Shown: positions 50,223-59,899 of the stretch, piece after piece | Position numbering within the stretch: the stretch's first letter is position 1 | How the letters are laid out: every line of letters starts with the position of its first letter | Origin: Ptychomitrium polyphyllum | Taxonomy: Eukaryota | NCBI GenBank assembly: GCA_973851085.1 | Contig: OZ316775.1 | Span: forward strand, 9,238,001 to 9,302,000 | Direction of reading: 5' to 3' | Length of the DNA stretch: 64,000 bases | Notes under the pieces: generated by a model | The model's input: the letters and a program-made list of their open reading frames with translations, nothing else | Database searches by the model: none | What the model was told of the DNA's origin: nothing | Made by a program: the position numbers and the translations under genes

Positions 50223-53200
50223 GGAATCATTCCATTTTTCCTGTTCCATAGGGTAGAATTTGGAAACATTCATGGTTATAGGTTCATTTATGTCATGTAT
50301 CAGCATGAAGGAGGTCTAATCGAGGAGAGTTAGCTTCTCGAGTCACGGTCTATGGAACTTATTTTGTCTGAATTTGCCTGAGATTGACCAGTTTGTGAAC
50401 AATTGGATAATCGGATATCATGCATAGGTTACAATGTGAGTGCAAGTTGTCTAAGTAGTGGAGAGTTTTACCTGTGAGTACGAGCTGACATTTGGAAACC
50501 ATGTCTACATTTTTTGATACCGGGCACACTATTTCACATAGTCTGGGGCCAGACGCTCCATTGTTAGGGTTTCGAAGGTGCTGTAATAAATGCGTCGTTA
50601 TACATTACGAACTCCTGGAGTGCTGGTAAGTTTTAAGTTCACCTTTGAAAGTTGTGCTATCTGGTTCCCATTTTATTTGCACTTTGTGTCTATCTCGATT
50701 ACTTTTTGAGCGTATCAGGTTGTGTTATGCTTCTGTATTGACTCGTGTCCAGTAACAGTAGTGCTAACCCTCTCATGGTGATGGTGTATCGTGAAAGGAA
50801 GTTCGTTCAGTAAAGCTGTAACAAACTAAACTGAGTAGAAGTTAAGAAAGTGTGATGTAAGTTCGGCTCCGCTGGTTGCATTGGGTTTCGTAACCTTCAG
50901 CTCGCATCACCTTCGAAGCAGCCAGCTATCCCAAACCTTGAATTCTAGGGTCGTTCGCAGCAACAAGGCAGCATGACATGGAGCCGAACAGTGCACCAAA
51001 AAGCTACATGAAAAGGACTCGCACTGTAAATTGTTTTTGTCAGAAAGCCAAATGAAAGCTAACAACATCGCCCTGCATCCACTTACACTTGGAGAAAGTA
51101 CAGAATGGCGATTCTTCTTTGGTTGCGTAGAGTACGTGCATATGCACTCTCCCCTCTACGTGGCCCCGGAACCCAAGTTCCGTTCAAGCTTGCCGGCCCC
51201 TGTTGTAGTTCACATGTGCCCCAGTCGAGTGGAGTGTTCTCCAGCGGAGAAGGTTGACACGCATAGATCTTGCACGCACTCACTTGTAATTGATTGACAT
51301 GTTTTCGGGAATTGGACCAGCACATTGAGTTGTCCACGCAGCACTGCGTGCCACTGGGCTAGTTTAGGATTAGGGTGTTCAGATCGTCGGCACACTGCTT
51401 TTGTTTGCAATCATTTGTGAACAATCAACATTTACATGAACAGAGCATCTGACCGGCGTATGGCTGCGTTGAATTTCATGGAGGTTGTAGGACGAGGCTG
51501 AGAACTTCAAGGGTGAGTAAGTGTTGGTTGCCTACAAATGGGGGAGCACCATGTAGCGGGCTGGATTGCCACTACGAGCCAATGCTCATAGTGTGATTGC
51601 CACGTATTCCATGTCGTATGCAGAACAACAGCGTGCTGGCCGAATTATGAAGCAGTGGTCCATGCTCTTCGGGTGCAGGCTTCCCGAATTCGCGTGCTCA
51701 TTTACACTCGGTCATTGTAGATGCATCCATATGCCAGCATTTGTCGATGAGATACTTTGGGTCTTCGTGTAGAAGTGCAGGCAATCTCGATAACTCAAGG
51801 CTTAGCGAAAGGGGGGAAGTTAGAGCACTTGGCACTGGTGCTGATTGTTGCTGTGTGACAAATTCATTTGACGGGTTCTGCAAGAAAGACTGCAACTTTC
51901 AACGGGCACTGTGGGGCTTCACAGGCACTGGGGATTCAGCTTGGACGCCGTTCAAAACAATGGCCTGCAACTTGTGAGCAGAGAAATCGTTACAGAGGAG
52001 GAGTCATCAGTAACTGTGACAAACCGCCACAATGATATCCTGCAAACCTTATGCAAGCAAGCAAGCATGAATCTCCTCTCGTAAGGGTAGCTCAAATACT
52101 GGGTTCTAAAACCATAGAAACGGCTCGCCTCGTTCAAGAAGGGCGGCTTCTCAAAGTCGAAGAGCATCACGAGTTTCCGGTTATCGTTTCCTCGGCGAGT
52201 AGCTCACTTGCTCGTCACCGTGGTAGGGTTGTTCTTTTCTGAGCAAGAGGTTTGAAGTTTGAGTTGCCAGGCAGCTGGCCCTCTGCATTGTAATTTTCGG
52301 ACCCTGAACGTGTAGAGATGGGACCAGCTCGCAAGACGAGCGCGGCCACGTCTATCGCGTCGAACAAGGTGGTTGGCGGGTCGAAGACAATGTAGCGGAC
52401 ACGAGCGCGGGAGGAGGATGTTCGTGGCCGGCGCCATCATCGGGGATTAGTTTGGCACTTTGGTGCGGACATGAAGCTCAAATTCTACAGCTCTCTTCGG
52501 AGAGCGGCCTCGAAATGGAGGAGCTTGAGTGTGAAAGCTGCCTCTAGAGTCCTGCGGAGGTGGTTTCATCAGCACCAGTGCTTGCCGTCATGGCTCTGAG
52601 AGCAGCTGTAATGTAATTCCCGCTACGACTAATATTACCAGTTGTTGTAGTTGGAGCCGATGTTCTGGCAAACACAGGAGATGACCACACAAGTGACCTG
52701 AGATTGACTGGTTTAGAAAGGTAGAAGTTGAGAAGAACCTGAATTATATGCCGTAACAGCAACTTGCTAGACGATGATGACGCCTTCAATAGTACATCGT
52801 AGTCGGTTTCCAGCTCGATCCCATTGATTTGGTTCGGTGATTTCCGCGAGCAGCTGGACATCAGCGCGTATAGCCTATATTGTTGCAGTGCTATGGTCTA
52901 TCAAAACAATCACGACTTGAGTGTAAATTTGGAATCGGAAATGATTCGGTTTCGGATTGCGCAAGTAGAGGGCTGTTGTCCTTTGGATATTTCGCAAATT
53001 CACTCTGCCGTGTTGTTTGCGTTGGCAATAAGATTTCTTTCTGGCGATTTGACTTGTACAAAAGCTGGACGCTTATGCACAATGTGCTGAGATGCAGCGA
53101 GAGTTCGGCGATTTTTTGATTTGATATCCGATTTGTGTAGATCAGGTGAATTGGAGTGATGTAAACCAATTTTGCTGCCTCATAAGATACTGAGGGCCCT

Positions 53201-53592
53201 CGTTTGAGTACATTGTTATAGGGAAGGCTTTCTGGTTTTGCAGAGTGAGGATCCCAGCAATGACTGGACTTTTGTGCCTTCTGATGCAAAGAGGATCATC
53301 GATCCCAGCATGGTTTTTTGAAGATGGCTCCGTCCTATATGACACTGTGCTTATGCAACGATTCAGCTCGGGATATCAATGAGGTGTCTTCGCATGACTC
53401 TGCTGTCGACAGTAGCTGCGCAATGAAGTTGTAGAACTTAACTTCCGATGGATGGGAGATATGCATCTGATCTTTTCCTCGTTTTCATAAAATTAAGGGG
53501 CGATTCAAATATTTGTCATTCATCATGATGAAAGATGGTGCTTCAGGATTTTCCGATGCGGCTGTGATTCATGATGAGAAATGTTGAGCCGC

Positions 53593-54324
53593 GCAGAGAA
53601 CAAGTCTTTTAGGGCCTGAGCCGCAGCAGGTGCGATACTTTTGAGCAGACCTCTCCAGCCATTTCTCCACGCGGTGCTAAGGACCACTGGAGACTCAGAG
53701 CTCCGTGCATCCAAGCTTTGCAATCCGAGATGGTGAGGGTGTTCATTCCTTCTCGACCGGCGCATTTTTTGAAAGTCATATTAGAAGAACTGACAGTCGA
53801 GATGATTAGTGGTAATGATTTTCTTGGAAGGTCACTTCTGTTTTCTGACACTGATTCACTGCCTAGGACATATGTTTGGGAAGAGTGGACAGGTGGGGGA
53901 CTGCAGTAATTTGAGAGAGTTGTTTACTCATATCACATGTAAATCCTTAACTTGGGACATAGCTGTTGCAGTACGGAATCCTATTGTACCTCTGAAAAGT
54001 TGACCCACCTCTTCTGATTAAAGCTAGACTATGACTGTCGCGGACAAGCCACTTCACCGTACAATTGTCGAAAAAGGCAGTGCCGTCTCGGAGTATCCAT
54101 TGTTATTATAGAACTCACAAGATACGCGCGGTGCGCTGCGAAGAGAGCGAGCCCTGCAGACAACAAGGCTTTTAGGGCCTGGGCACCAGCACGTGCGATA
54201 CTTCTCAGCAGGCCTCTCCAGCCATTTCTCCACGCGGTGCTAAGGACCTCTGGAGACTCAGAGCTCCGTGCATCCAATCCGAGATGGTGAGGGTGTTCAT
54301 TCCTTCTCGACTGGCGCAAATTTT
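53593..54324 (+). repeat. Dispersed direct duplication of ~170 bp (53593-53768 and 54156-54324)
   Basis: Near-identical core CCTCTCCAGCCATTTCTCCACGCGGTGCTAAGGACC...GGAGACTCAGAGCTCCGTGCATCCAA...TCCGAGATGGTGAGGGTGTTCATTCCTTCTCGAC; a 9-bp indel between the copies. Confidence 0.9.
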
Positions 54325-55105
54325 GGTGACAAGACTCGTAGTGAGCGAATCCTGTCTCGCGCAACCCCGTGTAGAGATTAGTTGGGTGTGAAAGTGTTGT
54401 TCTTGGTTGCACGGCAGCGGTATTCTGAATGGCACGCTGAGAGTTACGTGAGTATGACTTCTTTCTTGTTTGTATATTTGCATTCAGCAGATCACCTCGG
54501 TCTACCTGTGTCACATATTCCAAAATGCTGTTGAGTTGGTGAGTTCTGTGAGACTGTTTTTGCTGGCTACATATGTCACCGAAATTGATCCGCTGGGAAT
54601 TCTCTGTTCTTGCTCCAAATGTTTCTCACGTCCTGAAGGTGGACATCCAGTTCTGCGTTCGTCGGTGGCTTTACACTTTCTTGTTCAGTAGTCATGGAGA
54701 ACCTTGAGTGTGGGATCAGTAAACTGTGCACCTGAACTCCGAGTTTCTGGGCTAGCTTTGCAGAAAGTATGTAAAGAAAGTAGTGGAACGAAGTCACTAG
54801 AGTTTGAGAGTTTAAAGCATGCATCAGACGTTACCAAGGTCTCTTGAAATTGTTGATCTCTTCGGGCTCTTTGAATTTCGTAGGATTTCATTTCGGCACT
54901 TCACATTGTTGTGATCGTTGTACTAGGTGAAAGGGATGTATGATCTGAAAAGAAACGAAGCAACTGAGCAAGTGTTTAGGTCTAGCAGTGTTTGGAGCTC
55001 GGTTTGATCCTCATATTGAATCCTTCATTCTCTGGATTCAACTTCGTGTATATTTGGACTCGGCTCGCTTTAGCTTGAACTGATTGTCTTTACTTATCCA
55101 ACGCC

Positions 55106-57697
55106 ATGGCCGGGGAGAAAGGAAAAGTTGTGCTCATTGGCAAGAGAGGGTCCGGCAGAACAACCCTGGCAAACATGCTCGTGAGCGGGATGCTTCAGGA
55201 TTGCCCCCAGCCCCCAGACACCGACAGCATCTGCAAGACATATGTAGGCAGAGGATGGACTGTCATAGACACTATGGGGTTCGGTACTGAGCCACTGGGC
55301 GGCATCGTCCCAGACGAGTGTGCCAGGAAGATGACGATCGACTTTCTGGAAGAAGTGAAAGGCCGTTACAGCCACATCATATTTGTTGTGGACGGTAGCG
55401 ACATAGGCGACACGGAATTTGGTCGAGACGAGGAGTCCACCGTGCCAATCATGTGGAAAACCTTTCTCGAAATTTTTGAAGGTAGTGAGGAAAACTTTAT
55501 CGTCCTGGTGACCAAGGTCCAGCCGTCAATGTCGGTGCCGACCCGTGAGGAGATCGAGGCGATGCGGACCAAAGAAGGATTTGAGGATGTGTGGTTCACC
55601 GAGGTTCTGCTGATGTTCCCGGAGTGCAGACAGTTTCTCTTTCTACCTCTTCTGAAGATTCCAGAAATTTCGACAGCTTCCGAAGCCACAGCCGAAGTGC
55701 TCTTTTCCAAGAAGCAGGAGGAGTTGGAGAGATTAGAGAAAGAGATGGCAGAAATGTTCATAGCTAAGCCGTGGGTGGAGCCGGACATCTGGAAGATGGG
55801 GGACGAGGAGATAAACGAGAAGGCAGTCAGGATCACACGTCAACTAACGTCTAGTCGGGCAGGAAAACTACGGAACTGGGACTCATTGCATGGGTCGGTA
55901 TACGTGCCAGTAATGTTTTATAGAAGACAATCAGTACCGGTTTCAGGTAAGGAATTGTTGAAAGGAAAAGCTGGTGCAGTTTCGGTTGTTCTGGACGAGA
56001 TGAAGAATTTGGGGAAGGAGGTGAAGTTTTATTACCGTCAATGTGAGTACCTTCTCCAAAGAAGCATAGCAGCATCGAAAGAAATTCACGACCTTTTTGA
56101 TGCAGTGAACTGGAGCGAGCGTATCCTAACGCATTCTTTGGATCGTCTGATCAAACCTCTAGACAATCTGATCTGTACTATGAAGGCGGGGAAGGGATTA
56201 CTGCACGTCTGTGGTGATAGCGAACAGGAGCAGGAGGTCGCCCTGACTTTGTCTCCTCCGGGCTCTGGTACAAGTTCGTTGTCTAAGTTCGCTCTTGTGC
56301 TCCGTGACCTGGAATGGTGTCTGGATGCATGCCGCTTCTTGTTTCACAATCCAGAAGTTGACCGCGGTAGTCGAAGTGAACGAAAATCTCGCCTCTCGAA
56401 TTTTTTCGCCTTTCGGTTTCACATTCCAAAAGTTGAGCGCGCTTCTGAAAGTGAACGGCAAGCCTGCCTCTCGAAATTCATGTGGTGTGAAGCGAGATGC
56501 AGAATGGTTTATATGGATGACGGTGAGAACATGGATGCAGGTGTACATCTCGCTGAGTCTTGCGTGGCAGCCGATAACGATAGACAGGCTCAAGATCAGC
56601 AGGATCTGATTTCATCTATGGAGAGTCACTTCTCAACCTTACACAATCCAAGGAAGGTTCAAAATAAGCGCTTTGATTCTAATCGGTTCTTTTCAGATCG
56701 ACAGAAGAATAAGAAGCAGCCTTCCAGTTCCGAGATTTTGAACTACATGTCCATTCTGAAAAACAGGTTGCAGGGTGATTCATCTTTCGAAGCCCCGAAT
56801 ACGATTCCAGGCTGTTTTTCGATTCGGGGAAACCAAGAATTCAGGTCAATCCAACTTATTGGAAAGGGGAGTTATAAGGAGGTCCATGAATGCGAATGGT
56901 TGGGAATGAATGTGGCCGTGGCCACTTCCCAGAACCAAGATAGGCTGTTCAGACCCGTCCTTGAAGCGGAAGCAGGAGCGCTGGCGAGGGTGCAACATCC
57001 AAATGTGGTATCCTTTATAGGGTTTACCTACGATGAGGAGAAGAGTCAAGGTTATCTAGTGACAGAGCTTCTGGAAACAAGCTTGCGAGCTCTGATAGAT
57101 CGCAGCAATCGCCACCGTTACTCATCCTCATACCCTTTCACCATCTCTGAATCGATTGATATATTGCTTCAGATTGTGGAGGCAATGATTCACGTGCATG
57201 AGTGTGGAGTGATGCACCGGGATCTGAAAGCTGACAACTTGCTTGCCAATCGTGCGTTTGATAGTAACGGAGGTGGCTTGTACGTGGCTGTGGTGAAGCT
57301 CGTTGATTTTGGGACATCCAAACCCCAAAGCGCAGAGACGGGCTCTAACTTCAAGACAAAGAATGTAGGAACCCGTGCTTGGATGGCACCTGAGGTAATC
57401 CGAAAGGATGGAAATGATATGCAGCTGTACACGATGTCTGCCGATGTGTACAGCTTTGGAATGACTTGCTACGAGATCCTGACTGGTGAAGTACCTTTTC
57501 GGTTGTACATGGGTCGTGCGTTGCCAGAGGCGATTTGTGCAGGACAGCGGCCACGTATTCCAGATAACTGTCCAGATGGTTTGAGGGAGCTGATGACGAA
57601 GTGCTGGACCCACATTCCTCGCGATCGACCAACCTTCAAAGAGATTCGGCGGAAGTTGTGGAGTTTGAAGTTGTATTATACGATTTGCGAGGTCTAA
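55106..57697 (+). CDS. Multidomain protein: AIG1/GIMAP-like P-loop GTPase + plant-MLKL-like (DUF1221/HeLo) helical domain + TKL/Raf-like kinase; intronless
   Basis: 863-aa uninterrupted ORF with gccATGg context. GTPase aa ~5-225: VVLIGKRGSGRTT, VIDTMGF, SHIIFVV, FIVLVTK. Helical domain aa ~285-410: YRQCEYLL, IKPLDNL..MKAG, LRDLEWCL. Kinase aa ~578-857: IGKGSYKEV, WLGMNVAV, HPNVV, HRDLKADN, DFG, GTRAWMAPE, ADVYSFG, CW...RPTF. Confidence 0.9.
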   Translation: MAGEKGKVVLIGKRGSGRTTLANMLVSGMLQDCPQPPDTDSICKTYVGRGWTVIDTMGFGTEPLGGIVPDECARKMTIDFLEEVKGRYSHIIFVVDGSDIGDTEFGRDEESTVPIMWKTFLEIFEGSEENFIVLVTKVQPSMSVPTREEIEAMRTKEGFEDVWFTEVLLMFPECRQFLFLPLLKIPEISTASEATAEVLFSKKQEELERLEKEMAEMFIAKPWVEPDIWKMGDEEINEKAVRITRQLTSSRAGKLRNWDSLHGSVYVPVMFYRRQSVPVSGKELLKGKAGAVSVVLDEMKNLGKEVKFYYRQCEYLLQRSIAASKEIHDLFDAVNWSERILTHSLDRLIKPLDNLICTMKAGKGLLHVCGDSEQEQEVALTLSPPGSGTSSLSKFALVLRDLEWCLDACRFLFHNPEVDRGSRSERKSRLSNFFAFRFHIPKVERASESERQACLSKFMWCEARCRMVYMDDGENMDAGVHLAESCVAADNDRQAQDQQDLISSMESHFSTLHNPRKVQNKRFDSNRFFSDRQKNKKQPSSSEILNYMSILKNRLQGDSSFEAPNTIPGCFSIRGNQEFRSIQLIGKGSYKEVHECEWLGMNVAVATSQNQDRLFRPVLEAEAGALARVQHPNVVSFIGFTYDEEKSQGYLVTELLETSLRALIDRSNRHRYSSSYPFTISESIDILLQIVEAMIHVHECGVMHRDLKADNLLANRAFDSNGGGLYVAVVKLVDFGTSKPQSAETGSNFKTKNVGTRAWMAPEVIRKDGNDMQLYTMSADVYSFGMTCYEILTGEVPFRLYMGRALPEAICAGQRPRIPDNCPDGLRELMTKCWTHIPRDRPTFKEIRRKLWSLKLYYTICEV

Positions 57698-59899
57698 TTG
57701 AGGAGATACTGCGCTGGTAAGTATGGCGCTGAATACTCAAGCAACGGTTCCTGGTTCGGATTCATCGAGGATGAGTGGCCAAGCTGTGATCCGACAGAAT
57801 TAGCTGGGAGACACATCCAGTAGGCTCTTCTCAGCGGGGATCGAACTAGACACGAGGCTTTTGCAACCAAACATGCAAAGAAGAGTGCAATGTATTGAAC
57901 CTTCGTGCGTTTTCAAGGAAAGCTTCTAGAACTTGCCCCGACGGTAAAGGTGGGAGTAATTTTAGGATATGTTCTCAGTGGGTCCAAATACGCTGGATGC
58001 GTACACGAGGGCTCAATGTGCTGTCTGCAGTTTTGCGTCATGTTTCGAATGGATTTAATTTAGCCCCACACCGATGGTCATGGTGTTTGGAGTTGTCGCT
58101 GAGATTGGTTAATACTTGCTACGAGAAACCCAGCTTGGTCATGCGTACAGTACAGTACATGTAACGCTCGAATAGAAGCCATTCTTCTGGGCACTTGACA
58201 CTTCGAGCTTAGGTGCACAACAGCTCTGTTAGCTTCAGGAAGTGGCACGACTGGAACAAGGGGGTGTGAGCGACGCCTTGAACGACGCATTCTGACCCGA
58301 CGCTCAAACTTCTGGTTCCAAGTGGTTGGACGCCAACGCCCATCCCATGCTATGGAAGGTTCTGGATAAATTTCCCACAATCGTTACTCTGTGGAGACTG
58401 GTGATGAAAACTCGCAGGTACATGGTCCGCTGGCAAATGAACCTGCCAATTTTGAAACAATCGGGCAGCTTGTAGCGATGTCGTTGAATGTGATAACCTG
58501 CAAGGTTGGGGTGAAGTAATGTGCTGGTTTGAAATCCGGTGCCTGGTTGTCTCGATCCACTATGCTCCAGAACGCAGTGTAAGATGTTCCCAGAAACTTG
58601 AATTGTGGAATGCTCCGGTGTGAGTGAGAGACCACCTGCCGTGAACTTCTGCAGTGATGCACAGGTAATGTGTGACAAGGGAGCTTTGAATGCTTGTCTC
58701 TGTGAGCAGGTGATCATCGTTTTCAATTTCGGGAGAAGTGGAGCAGTGCATCTTTGCAGCACTCCGCAGTTAGTTGCGGCACTGAAGAGAGTCCATCTTT
58801 GCAGAAAGCGAGGCCTGTATGTCAGGAGATTGTGCGCTCATGAATTCGTACGCAGTTTATGCAGAACGGGTTTTTCTCCGTTTTTCATTGTTGTGTTTTC
58901 TTCATAGGTGCCTTGGACTCGTGGTTGTGTTCTCTTGCGCAGGAAAACAAGACGTGGTTTCGTGGGGAAAGGGCGGCGCAGCTTAGACAAGCCAGAAGTG
59001 ATCAGAAGCGACGGCAGGGCTCCACAGTTCTGCTCAGAGTCTCTGCACATGTTCAGAATCCACCAAAGCTCCGAGCATGACTTCGCCTCATCACACTATC
59101 CAGAGGCCAACTGACAAATCAGAGTAAGCATTCTCGAATCCTGCAAGGAGCTCCATATGGGGACGATGCTGATGCTGAGGATGCGATCCACAACGGAGTA
59201 CTCGCTACATGGACCGCACGTCTCTCCGTTTCGGTAACATCGTCAACTCCCCGCTGATGGCTTCAAAAAGCACGACAAAGGGAATCCATGCATGTTGCAA
59301 CACATAAGTTACACTCATGCAAATAGTGCTATTTGTATATTCAATTCTCTCCTCCCCGAAGTTGCGACATCTTTTGTAAGACACTGTTACTCAAAGAGCT
59401 GATATGTTAAGGAAAATGAGTAAAGGTTGGCCACTCACCAAAATCAAAATCTGCTGTTTGAAAAATGATTGAAAACACTATTAGTCTTACTTCCAGACAC
59501 ACAGATGCACGTATACTGCTAGGTGTGCAGAACATGGCCAGTTGGAATCACTGCAGCGGACGCGGTGATCATATACATAAAGAGAAGAGGCGGAGCATCG
59601 AAGGACGCTTCAGAGGATCTGTGCTCAAGGTCCATTTGCGGTCTTCCGCAGATAGGCTGCCTTCCAAGGCTCACTTGATAGATCCTCAATAGAATCATGC
59701 TTGATAGGGTCCCCATGTGCATTGCATTGAATCATAGTAAAGTTTGTCCTGCTGTAGCAACAGTATATGCCGAAATTTCAGTTCACCAGCAACTCAAGAT
59801 CAGCAACTCTAAATGACGCACCAATTTTACGTTGAACTCTTGTTGACATAAGACTCTGCACTGAAAGATGTCATACGTATGTGAAGTATGAGGGCCATT

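Noticed and set aside
52204..52861. Minus-strand ORFs, one transit-peptide-like
   Set aside because: No downstream exon with a recognisable product could be joined.
56855..57697. Calling the kinase a WNK, or a simple dead pseudokinase
   Set aside because: Only the lysine arrangement is WNK-like; the other subdomains are TKL/MLKL-like, and HRD, DFG and APE are intact.
55106..57697. Roco/LRRK-type protein (GTPase plus kinase)
   Set aside because: The GTPase motifs are AIG1-like (DTMG) rather than Roc (WDFAGQ); no COR or LRR region is seen.
57895..59722. Several 60-150 aa ORFs downstream of the fusion gene
   Set aside because: No recognisable motifs or consistent exon chain; may be UTR or decayed sequence.
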